Program-made: the position numbers and the translations under genes
In this document: piece after piece, positions 41,575 to 53,960 of the stretch
Layout: every line of letters begins with the position of its first letter
Numbering within the stretch: the stretch's first letter is position 1
The notes under the pieces: generated by a model
Told to the model about the DNA's origin: nothing
The model's input: only the letters and a program-made list of their open reading frames with translations
The model's database searches: none
Source of the DNA: Tubulanus polymorphus
Lineage: Eukaryota; Animalia; Nemertea
DNA: 64,000 nt
Assembly (NCBI RefSeq): GCF_964204645.1
Contig: NC_134026.1
Location: 23,160,150-23,224,149, forward strand
Direction: 5' to 3'

Positions 41575-42140
41575 CAGGGGCGGAGCCAGGGCATATATTG
41601 AGGAGTAGCACCTGATGAAAAGGACAATAATTATAGTGAAGAGGCAGTATCCTATGGTGGCTGATTCGGGCCATACTAAAAAAAATTTATGTACGGCTAA
41701 AGCAACGATAAAAAAATTTTCACATTGGCCCGTTTTTTGGTTTTCTCGCGCGAGAATTCAAAACTTTTGGTTTGAAAAATTTTTCTGACTAGCTAGAAGC
41801 TGGATAAAAGTTTTTTACAATGGCCCATTTTTTGTTTTCTCGCGCGAGAAAACTAAAAAACGGGCCGATGTGAAAATTTTTTTATCGTTGCTTAAGCCGT
41901 ACAGAAAATTTTTTTAGGATGGCCCGAATCAGCCACCATAGTATCCACCAGTGGCGAGCAGTGAAGGCAGATGTAATTTCCCAGCATTTGAGCTTTCTTT
42001 CAACCAAAGAAAAACATGTTAGAGGCCGTTTGACGTCCTCGGGTGGTACCAAATTTTTGACGGGAAAGGTTTTCGGGGGCCAACTGAAAATCTAGAGGGT
42101 AGCACGTGCCCCAAGTGCTACCCTATGGATCTACCTACAT
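41575..42140. mobile_element. Old MITE-like element interrupted by a younger MITE
   Basis: Left end AGGGGCGGAGCCAGGG..GTAGCAC and degenerate complementary right end GTGCTACCCTATGGATCTACCT. Termini resemble the element at 63280. Confidence 0.45.
41652..41941. mobile_element. MITE with ~105-bp terminal inverted repeats and TATC target-site duplication
   Basis: CTATGGTGGCTGATTCGGGCCAT... / ...ATGGCCCGAATCAGCCACCATAG; TATC at 41648-41651 and 41942-41945. Confidence 0.88.
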
Positions 42141-42696
42141 CTGTGGGTTTTTCATTACTAGTTGTCTTAATACTAGAGATACATACACGTTGTTCATCGT
42201 CAGGGTCGTAGGAATGTATTTCATTGTAGGGTGATCCTGCAATTATAAATAAATGTACGTCTTCTGATTTATGGGTATTCTAATATGCTCCCAAATAAAA
42301 GGAAAAAACGAGAATTACAAGAGGTCGCAGAAACCCTAATAACGGTGACATGCCACAATTCGGTGGCCTAGATACTGTAGCTACGTGTGCGCGTGTGCGT
42401 TTGTGTATGTATATTTCATTAAAAGATTATATTGGTTCATTACAAAAACAAGAAACCCACATCTATAAAAGAAAATATACGTAAACCAAAGTTTAAGTGT
42501 CTGATAACTTGCATAGTGTTCACCACAGCTCGTACGAGTGCTCGCTGTCTATGGACGACTGAAATGTGCATATACTTCCGCATTCTATATTTTTATCACT
42601 CAGCTCGATCGTGTGACTATGCGATCTAGTCACTTTTGTATAGCTGTATTTTGTGATACATGTGTTTAGAAAGTGAATGTCGGGTGTTGTCGAATC

Positions 42697-45600
42697 ATGG
42701 CGTCCATGGGTGATAAAACTTCGCCGCTGGAGGAGCAGTTAAAACGTCTTTATACCTATCGCGAAATGCTACGTAATTCTTTCGAAGACACGGCCGAAGA
42801 TATCAAAACGATCAAAAATACTATCGGGGATGAAGTTGTTATTCCTGATTTCAAATCGGAGGAAATTATTGAATGTCATGATAATCTTGGAAAAGATCCC
42901 ACTGTTCTAGTTTGCGGACAGGTCAACTGCGGAAAGTCGTCTTTGATTAATCAATTGCTTAAAGGAAATAGACCCGTTCTTCCAATTAGTGATCAGCCAT
43001 GTACCGCTCGTCTAGTTAGACTTTACTACTCGCCGACGAAACAGATAACGTTGAAGAGTAAAAGTGGTGGAATCAAACGGGACAATCTACCCTTCCGTAG
43101 ACGTACTTTGAAGCAGCTGATACATTTACCCGAAAAGTTGCGGGAACAAGAAAATGAGATCAGTGACGTTGTCGAAATTGGTCTCGATAACGAACTGCTT
43201 AGGTGTGGGTTGCAGTTAATCGACGCACCGGGTATAAACGAAGGAGAAGGTCAACTCGGAGACATCGTTGAAAAGTACATCGATGGGACCCTGCAACTTT
43301 TATTATATGTGATCGACGGAAATAGGTCATTCAACAAAAAGGTATACCTGAAATATGTGCCTAATAATAATAATAATATATATATATATAGTTCTCTTTT
43401 ATCTAAACGCAATATTCATTATGTATTTTTGATGGTAGTCAGTTGAAAACTACCAATACTTCCACTCGACTACTAAAATATAACTTGAACACAAGGTTTC
43501 TCTTATTAACTGAGATCTGGTGTAAAGATGTTTTTTTACAATAATCTATAATTTCAGGATTTGGGATTCATTACTGCTGTAAAAACACGTTGCCCAGGCA
43601 TCGAAATTATATACGTGTGCAACAAAGTTGAAGAAGATCGTAGGGCCACAACAATGGACACGCCTGACGATGAAGATGAAGAAACATTTGTCAAAAGTTT
43701 ACACGATCGCGACAAAGCTTCACTTGTATATAAAAAGCTATATAGCGCCCGCCTCGTCAACAAAAACGTACATGATTACAAACAGAGCGAAGAATTATTC
43801 GGAATATCGTGTGAAATGATAGAAAAAGCACAGAGGTGTGATAAACAGGATGAATATGAAGAGTATATATACCAGTACCAGCGACTATTGAAGCGAATCG
43901 GCGAACAGTACTCTAAATGTTTTAAGGATGCACTATCCACAGTGGCCACGCGACTCAATATGATCCAAAAACGGGTGTTCGACTACTGTCTCAACGACAA
44001 GGTATTGATCGAGATTCGAGCGATGGGGGCAGATGATTTCAAGGAGAAACTAGCGCAACTGAAAGCAAGTGTGACAATCGATCCCGATAAGGATTTGAAG
44101 AATCTTGAATGTTCGAAAGATGATCTGGTTAGAGGAATGGAATGCAGAATCGACAACATGTTGGAGAGATTGCGAGACGATGTTCGTCAGCTGGAACTAG
44201 GGAACAACATCGATGATAATCGGAAGATAATACTCGACTTCGTTTTAATGCGGGTTTTGTCCAAATGGCAAGCGCCGCTAGTCAAAATTGTTGACGTAGC
44301 AGTGTGCTGTTTGACAAAAACTCTTGAAGATATACTCGAGATGGCGAAACCGTTTGATGATTTCATCAGTGAGAGCATATGTTTAGACAGTTTGATATCG
44401 TTATCTAAGACAGACTTCAGCCGCATTGTGAGGTGTGAGCTAAAAGAACTTGGAAAGAAATTCAAGATTAAAGCAATGAAAGAAGATTTCGTTTGTTTAT
44501 TTGGAAAAACGTTAAAGAAAGATTCCGTGCACTGGAAATGTAGTACGGCCGAAATAATGCTAAAAAGTATCGACACAAAAGCACTCATCGAAAGGCTTTT
44601 GGTGGGACTTAAGGACATCATTCGTAAAGTTGTCGATGAATTCGCGTCGCTCGTCGGGACGATTGAAACCCATTACAGCCAACGTGTGGCCAAACGAGAT
44701 GACGAAGTGTTGTCATTGTGTGATTTATTCCCTCCTTTCGGATCACGAATTTGCCTAACTGAGGCGTTGAAATCTACGCTGGAACATGAAACTGTGCAGC
44801 TTGGTGAGGCGCTTGCTAGTGGTCACAGAGGAGTAGTATACAACGGATCGTGGCGTGGACTTCATTCAATCTGTTGCGCAGAAGAGGTCGTTTTCAAAGT
44901 CTGGAACAGCGATAGAACCATGCCGAACTACGTGTTGGGGCAAACTTGGAACTTTGAAAGGTAAGATAAGTCGATAGCGTACAATTTCGATTCATTATCC
45001 ACTAGTACATGCTAAATTATATACATTTAAATTCAATGTCTACCGTATCTTGAACACTCAGGTTAATGCCAAAATCACAGCTGGCTTTCACAGTACCTGT
45101 GAAAGCGTTGGCATTGGACGATGAATATAGATTAGTTTGGATGTTCTCTCGTGCTCAAGGCGATACCCTATTCGTTTTGTTAACGTCAAAATCGAATGTA
45201 TTCAAGGCAGTTCCATTAAACACAAGATTAGGGATCATCGTGCAAATATTGCGAGCTTCCCAGCGATATTCTGAACGGGGATTCCATTTTGCCGAATATT
45301 CGCCTAACAACATTTTTGTCAATAAGGTACACGGTAACGTTGCTCGAGATGGGGATTATGAATCATCATTAGGCTCAGCTGCAGATGCTAATAACTTCCC
45401 TAATTTCTTTTCATTTCAGGATGAAAATGGTGAATATCAGATAAAAATGAATATGAAATGGGAATCGCTAGCGGTGCCTTATCCACTACCCGACGGAAAA
45501 CCTCCTTTTCACATCGCACCCGAAATATATCGGGCAGGATTTGCGTGCGCAAATTTATGCGAGTCATACAGTATAGCCGTGTTGTTAGTATTCGTAGTGA

Positions 45601-45845
45601 TTGGTGAATTTAAGCGCGTTCCATGCGTGAACACCGACGATGTTACTGAGATTAGAGATGCGGTCTGTTCGGGTTCCCTAGCGAAGGCGCTGGTCGATTT
45701 AGTCGACCATGCTTACGATGTGAATCCTCAATCACGAAAAGATTTGAGTAATTTAGCAGCGAACAGTTTTCGATTGTACTGCGACAACCGTGCTAGCACC
45801 AAAACAATGCTGGAGGACTTACTCGACATTATCGCTTCTCTGTGA
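42697..45845 (+). CDS. DSTYK-like protein: dynamin-like GTPase, helical region and probable pseudokinase (exons 42697-43341, 43558-44960, 45062-45326, 45420-45845)
   Basis: GTPase motifs G1 GQVNCGKSS, G2 PCTAR, G3 DAPG, G4 NKVE. Kinase-fold motifs LGEALASGHRGVVY, VVFK and PFHIAPE. Splice phases join the three ORFs in frame. Confidence 0.82.
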
Positions 45846-46763
45846 CCTACCCGGCAGATCACCTAGTTTCTATTCTAGTTTGCTTATTTATACTAGTTTT
45901 ACAGATTTCATCATTCAGTAGTGTATTCTGCGCGTTTAATGAAACTTGAACCCGCGTATCGTGAAGGCAGTATGACGTCGTGCTCTTTTAAGCTAAGCTT
46001 AGAGCATTGTTTTATGGTGAATTAAAGAGACATATAACTTGAAAATGCGTGGGCGTGACTGTATTTTTGTAAAGATGTATGAATAAAACCAAGTAAAAAT
46101 GCCCCGAAGTCCGCATCTGCCCATGAAGCATTTAACGTTAGTGGACACTAGCTGCCTTACCAACGGGGAGGTTTCCAATCAATAACATAACTAGGGCATA
46201 TAGTCCGAAACTGATAAATTGTGAAAATTTCTATCTAATTCAATTTCAATGTTAAGTTACTCTGCCATAGCGATAGAATAATTTCTTTCTGTAACAGGGT
46301 GCTATCCTAGCCTTAGAGAAGAATGCTATTTCAATCTTCGCGAATACGCAAACTGGCTCGCGTGTATCACAGGGGCTCGTATCAGAGTTGTAGGTAATGT
46401 AAAAACGATAATCGGTTAATCCTATGTCTATAGAATATGTAAAATAACATACTTTAGACATATGATTCACAGTATCGTTTTTACATTAACTCTGATACGA
46501 GCCCCAGTGGCGTGTAAAGTTAAAACTAGTAATTTTCATTTTAGTGTCTGCTTGTAAGCTTATATACGTTTTTCTTTCCGTGGAATAGACTTGACATGAT
46601 ATTTCACTTTGTTAGATCTCATGGTTAAAAATATATAACAAACCCGTGCTTTCCGAAGAATTTACTTATTTGAAGCTTCTTTTAAGTCGTAGGAAAAATG
46701 GAATAAGGAGAGAATCCCACAATGATAATAAAAAGTCCGAAAATGAAACTTCGAGATAGTAGT

Positions 46764-46810
46764 TTATTTCAACGTTTCGACTATATCCTAATAGTCATCT
46801 TCAGGAATAA
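46764..46810 (-). ncRNA. Minimal type I hammerhead ribozyme (inverted copy)
   Basis: Minus strand: ttattc CTGAAGA t GACTAT taggat ATAGTC GAAA CGTT gaaataa. Confidence 0.75.
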
Positions 46811-46874
46811 TGAGATACTACAGAAATTATGAGATATATATACAATCCAGAGACAAAGAGACTAATTCAAGTAA

Positions 46875-47230
<356 letters not shown>

Positions 47231-47267
47231 TACGCATTTTAGAAATAACAACCTTAGAACTCCTACG

Positions 47268-47700
47268 TTGGCTACCGATAAACAGCCTATCATTGTACCG
47301 TATGTACCTTTCCCCGAGAATTCTAAAGTTTCTCTTCGGTCACTAAATAAACAACTTATCTTTAAATACAATAATAAACTTAGTAACATATTGATTAATA
47401 ACAAACCGAAAACCGAATCCCTAAACTGTGGAATTTATAAAATACCTTGTAAAGTTTGCGACAAAGTATATATAGGAGAAACAGGTCGGAATCTTAATCA
47501 ACGCATAAAAGAGCATAAATTTAGATGTAAAAAACTTTAAACCTGAAAGCGGAGTTGCTAGTCATGTTTTTCAGACTTCACACAATTTTGATTTTGCTAA
47601 TGCTGAATTAATTTACCCTTGCAGCGATAAAACTAGAAGACATATTTTGGAATCTGCATTAATTATTGAAAATTGGAACAACGTTGTAAAACAATGGTTT
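47268..47700 (+). pseudogene. Frameshifted Penelope-type GIY-YIG endonuclease fragment
   Basis: [30 protein letters not shown]. After a frameshift near 47535 it continues SGVASHVFQTSHNFDFANAELIYPCSDKTRRHILESALI. Confidence 0.88.
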
Positions 47701-48070
47701 TTCACCCCAAAATAAACTTATATCAAAATTCCTCTGTAAACTGGTTAAACTCAACACTTGATTTCCCCTTTGATTATTTGTTATTTGTTCTCTCATCAAT
47801 TTCGTCTCTGACTTAACTTGTATTCACCTTTGTTTTAATTTAAGTGCCCCCTAGTTTGTCTTTCTTTTTACTACTGACTTTAAGTTTCATTTATATTTAT
47901 ACTCACTATTGTTGTTTATAATCACCCCTTAGTTTGCTTCCCTTTAATCTATTTTAGCGTGTAACTGTTTCTACGTTAATTTTCCTTTAGTTTGTATCAT
48001 CTCTGATTACTTGAATTAGTCTCTTTGTCTCTGGATTGTATATATATCTCATAATTTCTGTAGTATCTCA

Positions 48071-48113
48071 TTATTCCTGAAGATGACTATTAGGATATAG
48101 TCGAAACGTTGAA
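48071..48113 (+). ncRNA. Minimal type I hammerhead ribozyme in the 3' pseudo-LTR of the Penelope-like element
   Basis: CTGAAGA 48077-48083, stem II GACTAT/ATAGTC, GAAA 48103-48106, palindromic AACGTT, predicted cut after 48110. Stem I is only ~3 bp in this copy. Confidence 0.7.
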
Positions 48114-48243
48114 ATCTCGAAGTTTCATTTTCGGACTTTTTATTATCATTGTGGGATTCTCTCCTCATCGCGTCAACACGGATATAGTGTTCTACCAATC
48201 GTGATAAAAACGGAATAGTTCTATAGAAAAACAATCCCGCCTC

Positions 48244-48406
48244 CTGGGCCAAATTCGGTTTTCGCATCTAGTCGACTAGCGCGGAAACTACTAACCGAAT
48301 GCGCTTGATTTTAGAACTTTTTCTGGAAAATAGTTCCGACAAACGGACATACGGTTTCGTTTAGTTCGACTATGGTCGACTAACTCAGATAACCGAAGGT
48401 TGCCCT
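48244..48406. mobile_element. Degenerate MITE-like inverted-repeat element
   Basis: CTGGGCCAAATTCGGTTTTCGCATCTAGTCGAC resembles the reverse complement of the right end, CAGGGCAACCTTCGGTTATCTGAGTTAGTCGAC. Confidence 0.5.
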
Positions 48407-48627
48407 GGCCGTACATCTTCACCCGTCAAGGGATTCGAACCCACTACGCTTAAAACTGTTCGCCGAACGAGCTCGGGAGTGATACCTGACCCCTGGCAAG
48501 CGAGGATGTGGCCGTACCGCGCATGCCATCTTCACCCGTCAAGGGATTCGAACCCACTACGCTAAAGCTGTTCCCCGAACTGGAAGCGAGTTCGGGAGTG
48601 ATACTGGACCCCTGGCAAGCGAGGATG
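48406..48627 (-). repeat. Two tandem ~105-120-bp tRNA-related (SINE-like) structured units
   Basis: Copies at 48406-48508 and 48509-48627. The minus strand has an A-box-like (T/A)AGCGTAGTGG abutting B-box GTTCGAATCCC. Confidence 0.6.
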
Positions 48628-48700
48628 CGTGCATGCTTAAAAACTATTCCGTTATAGTTTTATGTTTTAATACCGAGACGTGGTGCCATCTGGATTCAAT

Positions 48701-51700
48701 ATGGCAGCCTCCATGAGCTCACGATTTTCGACGAATATTTTCATGAAATATCATCTTTTACGTGTGTCACAGTTGATGACAGGTTGTAATAGTGGTTGGA
48801 CAGAATGGAAAAATACAGGAATTGATAGCATTAGAAATTTTTTTTCTTCCGGTAGCATTCATGATCAGGCAAATGAGGGAAAAGATAATTTTTTCGATGA
48901 ACAATATTTTGAAAATGCTTCAGAAATGACGGCTCACCCCAACCAACTAGAGAGTAATAAATCTCTGGAGCCATCCAAAAGGAGTCGAATTAAAAGTACC
49001 AGTGAAAAGACAGATAATTATTTTGATGAGGAATATTTTCTTTCACAATCAGATGCTGCTGCCTATTCTAATAACATTATTGAACGTAGCAATGACATTA
49101 TACCGTCGAAAGAAGAAACTGAAAATGTAGTTGCTGGGAATAGTTGTGTCTCTGATAGTAATCTGCACTTCATTGATTCTCAATACTTTGCAACACCTCC
49201 CCTTCATCACGAGAAGAATTGTGATTCTGATTTCATTGGGTTGCAATCATTCGTTGAGACCAGCCAACGAGGCAAAAAACAGCATATACCAAATGACAAA
49301 AAGACTCCAACACCTCAGAGTGAGATGAAGACGGTAGATAACATCAATGCTACACTGCCATCTGATGATGAAGGAACTATTTTTGTAAACAAAGAGTCTG
49401 CTCTTGCAAAGAGAATCAATGAGAGAATTGTGCCTAATATAGAAAATCCCAAAACAGCTTTTGACCATGCGATGAAAATTCGCAGGGAATTAAAATCTGG
49501 AAGAAAATCAAGTATGTTTTTATGGTTTTCCGAGCATAGCCTATCACTGCGAATTATATTTCTTGTAGATGAAGCTAGAACTAATTTCCATCTTTTTAGA
49601 GGGCCCCGATGTTGACAGCAAAGGTTTTCGAATACTGAAGTATCAAACGCCTGATTTTTCAACAGTTATGTCGCAGACAATGGTTAGGATGATAAAAGAT
49701 GCTGTTGTCTATAATGATGGTAGGGAATAGATTAATTTTCAATAGATAAATATTGACTACCTGTATGCATAACACAATTTTCTGATATTTTCAGGAGACA
49801 TTGTTATAATTGACAAACCTTATGGGATTGCTTCACACGGTAAAACTGCAATGTGGATTTCATTAGATTTTTTACATTGTTGCTTCAAAATTATTTTTTA
49901 AGTAATTTGTAATCTTATCTTCTAAAGGTGGGCCTGGAGTTCAGCATAGCATCGGTAAAATGTTAGGTGATCTGACCAAACTACTTTTTCCGATGAGCTC
50001 CGACAAACTTCAACTTCTTCATCGTTTGGATAAGGAATGTACGGGTATTTTGGTGCTAGCCAGGTATTTGAATCAAAATTATATCAATGGAATTTACTGG
50101 AAAGTTTGAGAATGAAATATTTAATTTCTAATGAAACAGCAGTCAAAGAAGTCGACTACAAATCAATTTGATAAATGATCTTTATTTAGAACTCCGCAGA
50201 CTGTTTCACGAATTAAGAAGATGTTCAAAGACAGAGAGGTCATAAAGAAGTACTGGTTTATCACAAAGGGTATTCCTAGTCCCGAAGAAGGTATTTGTAC
50301 TACAGTTGACCACGCTTATATCGCCATTGCATATACATTGTATTGTATAGACGTTTACAATGTGTATTTCATTTGATCCCTATAAATCTCTACAGTTAAC
50401 CTAATACCTGTCCTGGTATATATTGTATTTTTTGTATCGTATCAACGGTTATACAAACACTTAATGCCGGTTTCGATGTGTGCTACTCAGTACTGCTGCG
50501 TCTTCCATTTGACAAGCACTGCAAATGAATAGTATTTTTTTTGCTGGACCCATGGACCTGTGATTTTGACATCTTTCCATGGGTATCTCTCTAAATGACT
50601 GTCAGCTACTGAAATGGAATGATTCTATCAGTTGACGGGAATGTTGACAAAAAATACATTTCTAAATTTTTATGTTAATGATATACAGTCAACCCCCGAT
50701 AAACCGTCCTCCCATTTACCACTACCCCCGCCTACAGCCAGGTTTTCTCAATCTACCTCTCTATACAAATACATAGTAAAACACCCCCAATATACGGCCA
50801 TACTCTATACCGCCAAAATCGTTCTGCATCGATGTGGGTGGTAAATGGGGGTTGACTGTATAACAATATAATAACCGATTTTAAACAATGAATTGTTATC
50901 CGAGGTTGTTATAACAAGGTTTCACTATAGCTCATTAACTGTAACGTATAGAATGGATGTTGCAGTTGTTGATGCCATGTGTTCTCATAAGTAATTCGTC
51001 ATCTCAATACGAAGATTAGATTTTTAGTACTTGATTATATATTTGAATGTTTCTATGGAAACTCATTCGGTGTTAAGTGTTAATAACTTTAATCTTCACA
51101 GTATGGTACAGTAGAAAACTTAGCTACTTCCGGCGTCTGTATGTTATTACAAAACCAAGAATTTCGTCCCAAGTAGGGTTATTTCCATTGTTCATACGGG
51201 ATAAAACGAACATTTTATAGTACATATTTTTATTATTTAAGTTTCTGATATAACTTCAAAAAAAAGCTATACTATAATGTATTTACTTAACATTGAAATA
51301 TTTAACTTACGGGGCATAAAGTTTTTTCGTTCTATTTTATGATTTGACTGTATGGATTAATATGATAATATTAATTCACTCCAGGTGTGATCGATATTCC
51401 AATGAAGGAGGTTAAAGTTGGCAACCATTTTCGGGTATAGGTTATTCCTTATTAAGCATGTGCCATGTCTGAATCTATGTGTCTGGCTTACTCGGTGTTG
51501 TTTTACTTTCCATTCCATTAGATGGGACTTATTCCAGAAAAGGTCATGACCAGGAAGCAAATAGAAGATGCATCACAAGCAATAACACAGTATAGAATTC
51601 TTGATAAGAATGGATCTGCTGCTATCGTTGAATGCCAGCCAGTAACAGGTCTGTTCCTCACCAATACAATACTTACTAACTCTAATTAACTTATCTTGTG

Positions 51701-52491
51701 AACATAGGGATCATTCATTTATTACGTACGCATGAAATTTGACTTTGACCCCCCTCCCTGTACGCAAAATCGGCCATTTTTTCATGTACATAAAGCATTA
51801 CAGTACGCGATTGCATTTATCCCTCCCCCTCCCCTAATGCGTTCGTAATAAAATGAATGATCCCATATCCAATTACTTGCTTATTTCCTTGGTTTCAAAA
51901 GTAATTAGCTCTGAATGATTGAGACCTATCTTTATTTTCATATCATTCATTATTATGAAAATGAATTTATTTCATTCTAATGACAAATAAAATTTATTTC
52001 ATTCTAATGACAAATACATGTAATCAAATTCTATAAATCCTATACAATTGAAAATGTGTTGTATTCCAGGTGTGAAGCATCAAATAAGAACTCATATGGC
52101 ATTCGGCTTGAACTGTCCAATATTAGGTGATCATAAATATTCTCATCTCACCAAATTAGCTCCACAGGTAAAAATATTGACTACAGGATAAATGCATTTG
52201 TTATTAACGATTCAACATTTTATTCCATTATGATTGAGCAATTTAGATGATGTGAACTTGCCATGAATAAGTGTAGAATAAATTTTTACTTTTCAGCGTC
52301 TTCACGCGGATATTTTGCTTCGTTTGGGAATCCGCCAAGCAAAAGCCCGCCATGTTCCGATGCATTTGCATGCCAAGAGTATAGTGCTTCCACATATACT
52401 AGATGGAAGGAACCTGTTTGTCCGAACGAACCTGCCATCACATTTCAGCAAAAATATGAAGCGATTGAAATTGAAGCCAGGGATATGGTGA
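48701..52491 (+). CDS. RPUSD4: Mitochondrial RluA-family RNA pseudouridine synthase, multi-exon
   Basis: Spliced translation gives [18 protein letters not shown], catalytic [79 protein letters not shown]. Stop TGA at 52489-52491. Confidence 0.9.
50686..50858. mobile_element. pogo/Tigger-like MITE in an RPUSD4 intron
   Basis: TA|CAGTCAACCCCC ... GGGGGTTGACTG|TA: terminal inverted repeats with TA duplication. Confidence 0.8.
51707..51864. mobile_element. PIF/Harbinger-like MITE in an RPUSD4 intron
   Basis: GGGATCATTCATTTATTACGTACGCA ... TGCGTTCGTAATAAAATGAATGATCCC, flanked by 3-bp ATA duplication. Confidence 0.8.
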
Positions 52492-53862
52492 TTTAGAATG
52501 CTGGAAAAATATATTTCTCCGGGACTTTTTGTTGATACAGTATATTCTAGGATATATGCATTGACCTACTTTACTAAAAAAAATTTCATGCTAGACATGT
52601 ATTATATGTATATATATTTGTCCAATGGCTGCAGCATCCATTGAAGAATTACAATTAGCTGTCAGCGATTCATTGAGCACGTTATAAATTACATTGTACA
52701 TTGCAGCAGGATCATTTTTCAATAACATACAAGTGATCTACGATTGATTAGCGCTGAATGTAATGAATTGTTCCATGTATCTCATTTACTACAGAACGTA
52801 ATGCATGTATACAAATTAGACTTTCCGTGAACAATATACATAATCATTCCTGGAATTCAGAAATATTACTGTGTACTTTCAAGAATCATCATATTTTACA
52901 GTACACCACATCCTGTTAGAATTAATGTACAATATACAATTTTTTAGATGAAAGCGTTAAATTATGTACAAAAACTGTTCACTATTTATTGTATTCAAAA
53001 TGGAATTCATTCTCATACAAGGGACAATTATATTTCGATTGAATATCAATATGTTTTTTTTTCTACAAGATTTCATCGGTTTATGAGATTCTTAGTGTTC
53101 ATGATCCTCCCCACCCGACTGATTCGAACCTAATGGCATCGAGACTCGTGCTATGGCTGATGTGCTATGTGTTTCAGATTTGGAATGATTTTATATTTCA
53201 TAAAATGAAATAGAAGCTGTGATTGACATGAATTTGATTGACAAACATGATTCTTTGCTAAAGATTTTCGGTTGTTGTTTCATCGTTTTTTTTCTGTTCT
53301 GATAAGCAAAAAAGTTATCCGAAGATGCTACGGCTGTGATTTCCTGTTGGGCTCGTTCAAAGGAGGCTACCGTATTGAGACTCGTGGGCGGCTTACTCAA
53401 TAATAAGCGGGTGTTGGCTTTTTATGTCGCCTCTTCGCGAATTAATGAATGCTTTGAATGTGCACATCTGACGGGAGCAGATAATTTTCAACAACGTGAC
53501 AATTCTTTCTGTATTATATGCTCTACCAAAAGGGACACAACACGTCTCTGCCCACACTCGCCGGTATTATTGTTTTCGTGGACGATATTGAAATGTAAAT
53601 AGCAGAAGAATCGAGCTTCTGCCAATGACAGAGACGTGTTAGTTTTGAATCGTCACCTACTGTCTCTACATCTATTATCATAATCACGTGTATGATACGT
53701 GTTAGTTAGGCCTAATACAATACACATACGGTTCGATATGATAAATTTGACTAAGGAAATATACATGCCCTATATACAGAAATTCTTTATGCCTAATAGG
53801 ATAAAAACCCAATGTACAATTAAAAGAATTTAAAATCGAGAATTTATTTCTAAAATGTAAAA

Positions 53863-53904
53863 ACACGACGTTTCGATCTCACACTAGAGATCATCGTCAG
53901 GTGT
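53863..53904 (-). ncRNA. Minimal type I hammerhead ribozyme downstream of the GPCR stop codon
   Basis: Minus strand: ACAC CTGACGA t GATCTC tagtgt GAGATC GAAA CGTC GTGT. Core is complete, with 6-bp stem II, 4-bp stem I and a GUC cleavage triplet. Confidence 0.8.
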
Positions 53905-53960
53905 GTCTTTATGGCCATTGAGCAATGAATGCGATGAAGGGCTATATATGGTAACGATTT

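Noticed and set aside
41611-41640. CTGATGA motif as another hammerhead
   Set aside because: No stem II or GAAA in the required position.
48414-48627. tRNA genes or an HDV-like ribozyme (GCA-UCCUCGCU-UGC resembles HDV P3/L3)
   Set aside because: No anticodon arm or cloverleaf. No upstream P1 strand or P2 partner for an HDV fold, and the P3-like pairing is broken in the other copy.
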